Source: Pecten maximus
Taxonomy: Eukaryota
Direction: 5' to 3'
DNA length: 64,000 nucleotides
Assembly: GCF_902652985.1 (NCBI RefSeq)
Contig: NC_047017.1
Coordinates: 19,592,001 to 19,656,000, forward strand
The translations under genes were made by a program, and so were the position numbers. The notes below the pieces were generated by a model that had not been told where the DNA came from, made no database searches, and saw only the letters and a program-made list of their open reading frames with translations. Numbering within the stretch: the first letter of the stretch is position 1; each line of letters begins with the position of its first letter. Of this stretch, positions 13,967 through 26,200 are shown one piece after another.

Positions 13967-15037
13967 AAATTTTTTTAACCTTAAATTTTACGCACTAAAC
14001 AAATCGTATGCCATCTCCGCAAAATTAGCCAATAATTATCATTTCAACATCCCATGATAATTTTGATAATTTATGTAGTACAAAATAAGTTATTTACGCA
14101 AATCAGGATATATCATTTATGGCAAAACATGATTCACCAGGCCCGGCCAGGATTTTCGAAAGGGCGGGGGGTTCAGTAATTTAGTAATAATGTTAGCGCC
14201 GTAGGCGCGAGACGATTTTTTTTGCTTTTTTTTTTTTTTTTTTACGAGGGGTCTGAGGGGCCGCCCAGCGGGTCCAGGGTAGCGCCCTGATAGGGGGTTC
14301 AAGGGGGTCTAAGCCCTCCGCGGAAAATGAAATATAGCACATTTCCAATAATTCGGGATCAGGCGCGGATCCAGGAGTTTTCGAAAGGGGGGTCCAGTAA
14401 TGAAGTGATCATGCGAGCGTCGTAGGCGCGAGCCGATTTTTTTCCCCTTTTTGTGAGAGGTTTGGGGGCCGCTAAGCGGGTACCAGGGTGGCGAAGCCCC
14501 CCTGTGGATCTGCAATCGAAAGGGGGGGGGGGGCAGTAATTTAGTGATAAAGCGAGCGCCGTAGGCGCGAGCCGATTTTTTTTGTATTTCCTCGTACCTG
14601 TTGGTAATTAGTATCACTCGATTCACGTTAAAACCGCGCATTCTTATTCATGTTGTGTTTCTGTCTTGTTCTCATTATGAACTCAATTAACTTCACAAAT
14701 TATCATCAACTTATTGAATCTATGAGATGAAGTTAAGCAAAATTTTGTATTAAGATATAAATATTGACTTACCAGGCTAGTGCAGACGACCGACACACAG
14801 ACCTGTCTGAGGATTGATATACTAGTATAAAAGTCGGAATGTTCCGGAATTACAAGATAAAGTTTTTATCGTTGCCTTCAAGAAAACATTATCGGTTCGA
14901 AAATATACAGATATTTATCGAAATGAATATATAAATTCGTGTTTTTCCCCTTTTTTAGATTTTGGATGGCAAAAAGTGGGGGGGCAAAAAGATATGTTTG
15001 CCCCCCCACTGAAAAAAGTGGGGGGGGGGGGGGCAAT

Positions 15038-15103
<66 letters not shown>

Positions 15104-16413
15104 CTTCCTACGCCACTGCCATCCAGTGTCCGTGTGGACTGGTAGAAGCGTTTGTGGAGTATGAAAATGGAAAGACCGGAAACGTCCGGTTTAACAGTGT
15201 GCCGGCTTTTGTCTTCGCATCAGGTATGTTTGTCACACGTGTATATGTAACGGTTTGATTTATGCAATGAAGACGGGGTATGAAATACAAAACAGGATTT
15301 ACTTAATTCAATGACAGCTAGTTCACAAAAATTACAACATAAATAGCACCACAGAACATACATATTAGACTCGTCTATCAATACACTCAATACCAGATAT
15401 TGAGAGTCTCATACCTTTGCACAGAGTAAGACCAACTACATACACCAAAACTTGTACTATAACTAAACCATGTTTCAATAACGTGTAAGCCAATGGCTTC
15501 TTCACTGTCATTCAACTACATTTCCCCCACACACTTACTACACGTATGTACAATGTTGCACATAGATAAGCATACAACCACAACTGCAATAGACGATTGT
15601 AAAGTATTATCTCTCGAAACTCTCTCCCAAACTAGGTTAAGATTCTCATGTTACATAGTATTGTGTCCTACATTCTGGATAAAAAAAATATTATAATTTG
15701 ATAAAACCACAGGGGTTAGGCGCGGACCCACGTCACAAAAACTAATTGTCAGACAATTATTATTATAGGATTTTACGTCCATGCTCGACGGACTTCATTA
15801 ACATATCCTTATTTACAGGCGTCTGCATCTGGTTTGCAATTGCAGAAACAATCAGCACCCTTCTACTTTATGATACATATTACGTCAATGTCGAATAGCG
15901 AGATGATTCGTATCGCTTGAGATGCCTTGTTTCATTACGTAACAATATCATTACATTATACATGCATACAGATATATATTTTCCAAAAACACACGTCATA
16001 ATTCTGAATTATATTCATTGACAGTTATTAATAAAAAAGGGAAATTAATTTTAAAAACACCACCAAAAACTTTTAAATGTGTATTTTTAAGGTTCTACTG
16101 ATAATGTGTATTTATGGGTAAATAGATTCAGAAACCTAGCCCTAGTAATCTCGCGGATGCGGCAGCTGTGCATCGCTACGTTATCTATTTGGTATATACA
16201 TGTTCATGAATATTCATTCATACCTATACTGGTACGTGTATAATATTTATATGTTTCAAGATGTTTCTGTGGATATCCCGGAATATGGAAACGTGACCGT
16301 AGACATAGTCTACGGAGGAGCATTCTACGCCTTCGTAGCCGACGCGCAGTACAACTTCCGGTTGGGAGAGGTTCCCATACAGGAAGTTAGGAACGCAGCC
16401 GGAGCTACTACAG
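13541..16413 (+). pseudogene. L3HYPDH/proline-racemase-like cassette A (exons 1-2 only; exon 1 interrupted by a transposon)
   Basis: Exon 1 is 13541-13908 and resumes after 15118 to the donor at 15223; exon 2 is 16261-16413. No own exons 3-4. Motifs MHTGGEP, EPRGH, MCGH. Confidence 0.9.
13909..15118. mobile_element. 1.2-kb non-autonomous TIR DNA transposon (hAT-like termini) inserted in exon 1 of cassette A
   Basis: 15-bp perfect TIR CAGTGGCGTAGGAAG / CTTCCTACGCCACTG. Target duplication CCAT (GCCATC if the ends are shifted by 1 bp). Empty site visible in copies B and D. Subterminal poly-G and poly-C. Confidence 0.92.
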
Positions 16414-16435
16414 GTGTTTTTATACATAACAAATA

Positions 16436-17417
16436 ATACAAAATGACAAAAACATGACAAATCATGACAAAAATGACAAAATCTTGACAAATCATGACAA
16501 AAATGACAAAACATGACAAAATCATGACAAAAATGACAAAACATGACAAAAACGACAAATAATGACAAAATCATTACAAAATCATGACAAATAATGACAA
16601 AATCATTACAAAATCATGACAAAAATGACAAAATCAGGACAAAATCATGACAAAATCAGGACAAAATGAGGACAAAAATGACAAAATTAGGACAAAAATG
16701 ACAAAATCAGGACAAAATTAGGACAAAAATGACAAAATCAAGACAAAAATGACAAAATCAGGACAAAATTAGGACAAAACATGACAAAATCAGGACAAAA
16801 ATGACAAAATCAGGACAATATAAGGACAAAAATGACAAAATTAGGACAAAACATGACAAAATTAGGACAAAACATGACAAAATCAGGACAAAAATGACAA
16901 AATCAGGACAAAAATGACAAAATCAGGACAAAATTAGGACAAAAATGACAAAATCAGGACAAAATCAGGACAAAATTAGGACAAAAATGACAAAATCAGG
17001 ACAAAAATGACAAAATCAGGACAAAATTAGGGCAAAAATGACAAAAATCAGGACAAAACATGACAAATAACGTCATGAAAACCAACACGGCTAGCCATTT
17101 ACATACTATACTAGCATGCCGAAAGTCAATAACGTCGTGAAATCCAACCCGGCTAGCCATAAATCATCAACAACAGATATTGAAAGAAGATGTCCAAAAC
17201 AACCTAAAAAGATAAAATCTCAAGAAAATACAACTAAAGAAAGGTATGTCACTTCTGTATTTGAAAACCAAGATACAGGGGAGAGAATTGAAGGCATCTA
17301 TGGGGTTTTTTTCTCTCCCAGAATACCTCATTCAAGATGGCTACCAATATTGGCAGCCATCTTGAATGAGGCATTCTGGGAGAGAGAAAAAAAAAACACA
17401 GCGCCTTCATATCTCTC
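16436..17417. repeat. Spacer 1: 10/11-bp (ATGACAAAA / ATCAGGACAAA) array, about 210 bp non-repetitive, then a 137-bp palindrome (17281-17417)
   Basis: The same spacer recurs at 19210-20231 and 22022-23126. It is absent upstream of cassette A and absent from intron 2 of gene D. Confidence 0.9.
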
Positions 17418-17521
17418 AGTGTGTTCTTATATACCGCTTATCGGCCACCGTATTTTGTGACGTTACATTTGATTTGGGTGATCATCCATGACCGATTAAC
17501 AGACTGTTAAGTTGTATAGAC

Positions 17522-19186
17522 ATGTCCGAAGTACCAGAAGATGTCGAAATTCGAACAAAGGAGATGCATACGGGCGGGGAACCATTGCGAGTGATAGAGT
17601 CTGGCTTCCCCTCCCTCGGGGGCGACACCATACTGGATAAAATTCGTTTCATCAGGGAAAATTTTGACGCATACCGAAAATTTCTGATGTATGAACCACG
17701 CGGTCACTATGACATGTACGGAGCATTGGTAGTTCCAGCCGACAACAAGAAAGCTGACATAGCCACGATCTTCATGCACAATGAAGGGTACAGTACGATG
17801 TGTGGACATGCAGTTATCGCCCTTGGACGATACGCTGTAGATTCGGGATTAGTCCGGAACCCTTCCAGTCCGGAGACCCGTGTGGCCATCCAGTGTCCGT
17901 GTGGACTGGTAGAAGCGTTTGTGGAGTATGAAAATGGAAAGACCGGAAACGTCCGATTTAACAGTGTGCCGGCTTTTGTCTTCGCAACAGGTATGTTTGT
18001 CACACGTGTATATGTAACGGTTTGATTTATGCAATGAAGACGGGGTATGGAATACAAAACAGGATTTACTTAATTCAATGACAGCTAGTTCACAAAAATT
18101 ACAACATAAATACATGTAGCACCACAGAACATACATATTAGACTCGTGTATCAATACACTCAATACCAGATATTGAGAGTCTCATACCTTTGCACAGAGT
18201 AAGACCAACTACATACACCAACACTTGTACTATAACTAAACCATGTTTCAATAACGTGTCAGCCAATGGCTTCTTCACTGTCATTCAACTACATTTCCCC
18301 CACACACTTACTACACGTATGTACAATGTTGCACATAGATAAGCATACAACCACAACTGCAATAGACGATTGTAAAGTATTATCTCTCGAAACTCTCTCC
18401 CAAACTAGGTTAAGATTCTCATGTTACATAGTATTGTGTCCTACATTCTGGATAAAAAAAATATTATAATTTGATAAAACCACAGGGGTTAGGCGCGGAC
18501 CCACGTCACAAAAACTAATTGTCAGACAATTATTATTATAGGATTTTACGTCCATGCTCGACGGACTTCATTAACATATCCTTATTTACAGGCGTCTGCA
18601 TCTGGTTTGCAATTGCAGAAACAATCAGCACCCTTCTACTTTATGATACATATTACGTCAATGTCGAATAGCGAGATGATTCGTATCGCTTGAGATGCCT
18701 TGTTTCATTACGTAACAATATCATTACATTATACATGCATACAGATATATATTTTCCAAAAACACACGTCATAATTCTGAATTATATTCATTGACAGTTA
18801 TTAATAAAAAAGGGAAATTAATTTTAAAAACACCACCAAAAACTTTTAAATGTGTATTTTTAAGGTTCTACTGATAATGTGTATTTATGGGTAAATAGAT
18901 TCAGAAACCTAGCCCTAGTAATCTCGCGGATGCGGCAGCTGTGCATCGCTACGTTATCTATTTGGTATATACATGTTCATGAATATTCATTCATACCTAT
19001 ACTGGTACGTGTATAATATTTATATGTTTCAAGATGTTTCTGTGGATATCCCGGAATATGGAAACGTGACCGTAGACATAGTCTACGGAGGAGCATTCTA
19101 CGCCTTCGTAGCCGACGCGCAGTACAACTTCCGGTTGGGAGAGGTTCCCATACAGGAAGTTAGGAACGCAGCCGGAGCTACTACAG
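17522..19186 (+). pseudogene. L3HYPDH/proline-racemase-like cassette B (intact exons 1-2, no own exons 3-4; possible alternative 5' cassette of gene D)
   Basis: Exon 1 17522-17990 (469 nt) and exon 2 19034-19186 (153 nt); frame and splice sites intact, nearly identical to D. Confidence 0.75.
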
Positions 19187-19209
19187 GTGTTTTTATACAT
19201 AACAAATAA

Positions 19210-20231
19210 TACAAAATGACAAAAACATGACAAATCATGACAAAAATGACAAAATCATGACAAATCATGACAAAAATGACAAAATCATGACAAAAATGAC
19301 AAAATCTTGACAAAAATGACAAAACATGACAAAATCATGACAAAAATGACAAAACATGACAAAAACGACAAATAATGACAAAATCATTACAAAATCATGA
19401 CAAATAATGACAAAATCATTACAAAATCATGACAAAATCAGGACAAAATCATGACAAAATCAGGACAAAATGAGGACAAAATGAGGACAAAAATGACAAA
19501 ATTAGGACAAAAATGACAAAATCAGGACAAAATTAGGACAAAAATGACAAAATCAAGACAAAAATGACAAAATCAGGACAAAATTAGGACAAAACATGAC
19601 AAAATCAGGACAAAAATGACAAAATCAGGACAATATAAGGACAAAAATGACAAAATTAGGACAAAACATGACAAAATTAGGACAAAACATGACAAAATCA
19701 GGACAAAAATGACAAAATCAGGACAAAAATGACAAAATCAGGACAAAATTAGGACAAAAATGACAAAATCAGGACAAAATCAGGACAAAATTAGGACAAA
19801 AATGACAAAATCAGGACAAAAATGACAAAATCAGGACAAAATTAGGGCAAAAATGACAAAAATCAGGACAAAACATGACAAATAACGTCATGAAAACCAA
19901 CACGGCTAGCCATTTACATACTATACTAGCATGCCGAAAGTCAATAACGTCGTGAAATCCAACCCGGCTAGCCATAAATCATCAACAACAGATATTGAAA
20001 GAAGATGTCCAAAACAACCTAAAAAGATAAAATCTCAAGAAAATACAACTAAAGAAAGGTATGTCACTTCTGTATTTGAAAACCAAGATACAGGGGAGAG
20101 AATTGAAGGCATCTATGGGGTTTTTTTCTCTCCCAGAATACCTCATTCAAGATGGCTACCAATATTGGCAGCCATCTTGAATGAGGCATTCTGGGAGAGA
20201 GAAAAAAAAACACAGCGCCTTCATATCTCTC
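19210..20231. repeat. Spacer 2 (GACAAAA array plus palindrome 20096-20231)
   Basis: Near-identical to spacer 1. Confidence 0.9.
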
Positions 20232-20335
20232 AGTGTGTTCTTATATACCGCTTATCGGCCACCGTATTTTGTGACGTTACATTTGATTTGGGTGATCATC
20301 CATGACCGATTAACAGACTGTTAAGTTGTATAGAC

Positions 20336-21998
20336 ATGTCCGAAGTACCAGAAGATGTCGAAATTCGAACAAAGGAGATGCATACGGGCGGGGAACCATT
20401 GCGAGTGATAGAGTCTGGCTTCCCCTCCCTCGGGGGCGACACCATACTGGATAAAATTCGTTTCATCAGGGAAAATTTTGACGCATACCGAAAATTTCTG
20501 ATGTATGAACCACGCGGTCACTATGACATGTACGGAGCATTGGTAGTACCAGCCGACAACAAGAAAGCTGACATAGCCACGATCTTCATGCACAATGAAG
20601 GGTACAGTACGATGTGTGGACACGCAGTTATCGCCCTTGGACGATACGCTGTAGATTCGGGATTAGTCCGGAACCCTTCCAGTCCGGAGACCCGTGTGGC
20701 CATCCAGTGTCCGTGTGGCCATCCAGTGTCCGTGTGGACTGGTAGAAGCGTTTGTGGAGTATGAGAATGGAAAGACCGGAAACGTCCGGTTTAACAGTGT
20801 GCCGGCTTTTGTCTTCGCAACAGGTATGTTTGTCACACGTGTATATGTAACGGTTTGATTTATGCAATGAAGACGGGGTATGAAATACAAAACAGGATTT
20901 ACTTAATTCAATGACAGCTAGTTCACAAAAATTACAACATAAATAGCACCACAGAACATACATATTAGACTCGTGTATCAATACACTCAATACCAGATAT
21001 TGAGAGTCTCATACCTTTGCACAGAGTAAGACCAACTACATACACCAAAACTTGTACTATAACTAAACCATGTTTCAATAACGTGTAAGCCAATGGCTTC
21101 TTCACTGTCATTCAACTACATTTCCCTCACATTTCCCCCACACACTTACTACACGTATGTACAATGTTGCACATAGATAAGCATACAACCACAACTGCAA
21201 TAGACGATTGTAAAGTATTATCTCTCGAAACTCTCTCCCAAACTAGGTTAAGATTCTCATGTTACATAGTATTGTGTCCTACATTCTGTATAAAAAAAAA
21301 TTATAATTTGATAAAACCACAGGGGTTAGGCGCGGACCCACGTCACAAAAACTAATTGTCAGACAATTATTATTATAGGATTTTACGTCCATGCTCGACG
21401 GACTTCTTTAACATATCCTTATTTACAGGCGTCTGCATCTGGTTTGCAATTGCAGAAACAATCAGCACCCTTCTACTTTATGATACATATTACGTCAATG
21501 TCGAATAGCGAGATGATTCGTATCGCTTGAGATGCCTTGTTTCATTACGTAACAATATCATTACATTATACATGCATACAGATATATATTTTCCAAAAAA
21601 CACCGTCATAATTCTGAATTATATTCATTGACAGTTATTAATAAAAAAGGGAAATTAATTTTAAAAACACCACCAAAAACTTTTAAATGTGTATATTTAT
21701 GGGTAAATAGATTCAGAAACCTAGCCCTAGTAATCTCGCGGATGCGGCAGCTGTGCATCGCTACGTTATCTATTTGGTATATACATGTTCATGAATATTC
21801 ATTCATACCTATACTGGTACGTGTATAATATTTATATGTTTCAAGATGTTTCTGTGGATATCCCGGAATATGGAAACGTGACCGTAGACATAGTCTACGG
21901 AGGAGCATTCTACGCCTTCGTAGCCGACGCGCAGTACAACTTCCGGTTGGGAGAGGTTCCCATACAGGAAGTTAGGAACGCAGCCGGAGCTACTACAG
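20336..21998 (+). pseudogene. L3HYPDH/proline-racemase-like cassette C (exons 1-2; 19-bp frameshifting duplication in exon 1)
   Basis: Exon 1 20336-20823 (488 = 469 + 19 nt) with CCGTGTGGCCATCCAGTGT duplicated at 20692-20729; exon 2 21846-21998. Confidence 0.9.
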
Positions 21999-22021
21999 GT
22001 GTTTTTATACATAACAAATAA

Positions 22022-23126
22022 TACAAAATGACAAAAACATGAAAAATCATGACAAAAATGACAAAATCATGACAAATCATGACAAAAATGACAAAATCAT
22101 GACAAAAATGACAAAATCATGACAAAAATGACAAAATCATGACAAAACATGACAAAATCATGACAAAAATGACAAAACATGACAAAAATGACAAATAATG
22201 ACAAAATCATTACAAAATCATGACAAATAATGACAAAATCATTACAAAATCATGACAAAAATGACAAAATCAGGACAAAATCATGACAAAAATGACAAAA
22301 TCATGACATAACATGACATATCATGACAAAACACGACAAATCAGGACAAAATGAGGACAAAAATGACAAAATTAGGACAAAAATGACTAAATCAGGACAA
22401 AATTAGGACAAAAATGACAAAATCAAGACAAAATTAGGACAAAAATGACAAAATCAGGACAAAATTAGGACAAAACATGACAAAATCAGGACAAAAATGA
22501 CAAAATCAGGACAATATTAGGACAAAAATGACAAAATTAAGACAAAACATGACAAAATCAGGACAAAACATGACAAAATTAGGACAAAAATGACAAAATC
22601 AGGACAAAAATGACGAAATCAGGACAAAATTAGGACAAAAATGACAAAATCAAGTCAAAATCAGGACAAAATCAGGACAAAATTAGGACAAAAATGACAA
22701 AATCAGGACAAAAATGACAAAATCAGGACAAAATTAGGGCAAAAATGACAAAATCAGGACAAAACATGACAAATAACGTCATGAAAACCAACACGGCTAG
22801 CCATTTACATACTATACTAGCATGCCGAAAGTCAATAACGTCGTGAAATCCAACCCGGCTAGCCATAAATCATCAACAACAGATATTGAAAGAAGAAGAT
22901 GTCCAAAACAACCTAAAAAGATAAAATCTCAAGAAAATACAACTAAAGAAAGGTATGTCACTTCTGTATTTGAAAACCAAGATACAGGGGAGAGAATTGA
23001 AGGCATCTATGGGGTTTTTTTCTCTCCCAGAATACCTCATTCAAGATGGCTACCAATATTAGCAGCCATCTTGAATGAGGCATTCTGGGAGAGAGAAAAA
23101 AAAACCACAGCGCCTTCATATCTCTC
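22022..23126. repeat. Spacer 3 (GACAAAA array plus palindrome 22990-23126)
   Basis: Same structure as spacers 1 and 2; the array is more divergent. Confidence 0.9.
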
Positions 23127-23230
23127 AGTGTGTTCTTATATACCGCTTATCGGCCACCGTATTTTGTGACGTTACATTTGATTTGGGTGATCATCCATGA
23201 CCGATTAACAGACTGTTAAGTTGTATAGAC

Positions 23231-26200
23231 ATGTCCGAAGTACCAGAAGATGTCGAAATTCGAACAAAGGAGATGCATACGGGCGGGGAACCATTGCGAG
23301 TGATAGAGTCTGGCTTCCCCTCCCTCGGGGGCGACACCATACTGGATAAAATTCGTTTCATCAGGGAAAATTTTGACGCATACCGAAAATTTCTGATGTA
23401 TGAACCACGCGGTCACTATGACATGTACGGAGCATTGGTAGTTCCAGCCGACAACAAGAAAGCTGACATAGCCACGATCTTCATGCACAATGAAGGGTAC
23501 AGTACGATGTGTGGACACGCAGTTATCGCCCTTGGACGATACGCTGTAGATTCGGGATTAGCCCGGAACCCTTCCAGTCCGGAGACCCGTGTGGCCATCC
23601 AGTGTCCGTGTGGACTGGTAGAAGCGTTTGTGGAGTATGAAAATGGAAAGACCGGAAACGTCCGATTTAACAGTGTGCCGGCTTTTGTCTTCGCAACAGG
23701 TATGTTTGTCACACGTGTATATGTAACGGTTTGATTTATGCAATGAAGACGGGGTATGGAATACAAAACAGGATTTACTTAATTCAATGACAGCTAGTTC
23801 ACAAAAATTACAACATAAATACATGTAGCACCACAGAACATACATATTAGACTCGTCTATCAATACACCCAATACCAGATATTGAGAGTCTCATACCTTT
23901 GCACAGAGTAAGACCAACTACATACACCAACACTTGTACTATAACTAAACCATGTTTCAATAACGTGTCAGCCAATGGCTTCTTCACTGTCATTCAACTA
24001 CATTTCCCCCACACACTTACTACACGTATGTACAATGTTGCACATAGATAAGCATACAACTACAACTGCAATAGACGATTGTAAAGTATTATCTCTCGAA
24101 ACTCTCTCCCAAACTAGGTTAAGATTCTCATGTTACATAGTATTGTGTCCTACATTCTGGATAAAAAAATATATTATAATTTGATAAAACCACAGGGGTT
24201 AGGCGCGGACCCACGTCACAAAAAATAATTGTCAGACAATTATTATTATAGGATTTTACGTCCATGCTCAACGGACTTCATTAACATATCCTTATTTACA
24301 TGCGTCTGCATCTGGTTTGCAATTGCAGAAACAATCAGCACCCTTCTACTTCATGATACATATTACGTCAATGTCGAATAGCGAGATGATTCGTATCGCT
24401 TGAGATGCCTTGTTTCATTACGTAACAATATCATTACATTATACATGCATACAGATATATATTTTCCAAAAACACACGTCATAATTCTGAATGATATTCA
24501 TTGACAGTTATTAATAAAAAAGGGAAATTAATTTTAAAAACACCACCAAAAACTTTTAAATATGTATTTTGAAGGTTCTACTGATAATGTGTATTTATGG
24601 GTAAAGAGATTCAGAAACCTAGCCCTAGTAATCTCGCGGATGCGGCAGCTGTGCATCGCTACGTTATCTATTTGGTATATACATGTTCATGAATATTCAT
24701 TCATACCTATACTGGTACGTGTATAATATTTATATGTTTCAAGATGTTTCTGTGGATGTCCCAGAATATGGAAACGTGACCGTAGACATAGTCTACGGAG
24801 GAGCATTCTACGCCTTCGTAGCCGACGCGCAGTACAACTTCCGGTTGGGAGAGGTTCCCTTACAGGAAGTTAGGAACGCAGCCGGAGCTACTACAGGTGT
24901 TGTTATACATAACAAATAATACAAAATAACAAAACTACGGTAAATTTTACTATTGGCGTTACATTACATACAGACATAGTAGCACGCCTTGATCCGTATT
25001 TCTCGGGAAGCTGAGACTACGGACTATCTTGTGCTGTCATATGTTGTGTTCTTGGGGAAGATACTAAAATACACTATACCACTGTGGGAAGTATTCGCCT
25101 GCATTGTGTTTGTGAGGTAGCCACCAGCTACTACAAGGATAGACCGTCTCACAATTAAATGAATTGTGAGACGATGATGTCGATTTACCGACACATTTTC
25201 ACGTTTCTACAACTGCTCGACTTACATTAATGACATCATTAGATGTCAAATTGTGAATTATCATTAATGTTTGGTGACTTATTTTGATAAATGCGATGTT
25301 GGTAATATATGTACATGAATCATTCAATCGTTTGAAGAGCACCAAAAAGGAAGATGGAGCCCGCGAGAAACTTTTCTTCAGTCATCTTCCTGTCTGTGTC
25401 TACAAAGACATAAGTTTATTTTATCAAGTGTACATCCCATTGTTCTGCATTGTCTCCGCTAAGATGTAAATGGTTAATGGGCACCGCAACACAATGTCTG
25501 TGTCTTCTGCTGTTGGCGTGGATTTTTGTCTCTGCAAGTGTCTTGAACCACCATAAAACATCAATGTGTAATGCTGTCGTTGTAGTTCTGGTCGAGTTTT
25601 ATTGTTACTATCTAAATGTTGATTATCCTTAATTTAAGCTGATGTGTTTTGTTGATGTTCTTTACAACCAATGTATTTATCTGTGTTACTCTTTTTTGCT
25701 TTTAAATAAGACGCCCTTAAGAAGCAGTTAAAGCTAAGTCATCCGGACAGTGATGACCTCGCCTTTCTGTATGGGACCATCGTAACGGACGGACAAGACG
25801 GACAGGACGGATCCAGCGATAAACTTTCGTCTAATGTCTGTGTTTTCGCGGAAAGACAGGTATGAACTCCATGTAATTCAAGGCAAAGTACATACACAGA
25901 GTAGTCTATTGGTTATTGTATTATTATCATTATTATTTGTATATAATCATTTATACATGTCGGCACATCTCGGCCGATTCTCTACGATCATTACCGGGAT
26001 CGGCCGAGGTTAGCCGAATGATACTGTAGTTACAGTAATAGCACAATGGTATCTTCCTTAATTAAATTTCAACGAGTTGCATGAGCCCCTAGCTGTCATT
26101 GTTTGCCGATAATGAGATGTTTATAGTGAACCAATATATGAAAAAGAGCAAGCAAACCCATTCCCATTTATACATTTTTGATTGTTTGAATTTCTGTTTA

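Noticed and set aside
14939-15258. Poly-proline and poly-glycine ORFs
   Set aside because: Products of C/G homopolymers in the transposon end.
17116-17460. 114-124-aa ORF MPKVNNVV repeated in each spacer
   Set aside because: No recognisable domain, crosses the palindrome and junction, and changes frame with poly-A length between copies.
16436-23126. CRISPR-like repeat/spacer interpretation of the arrays
   Set aside because: Eukaryotic context, no unique spacers and no cas genes.
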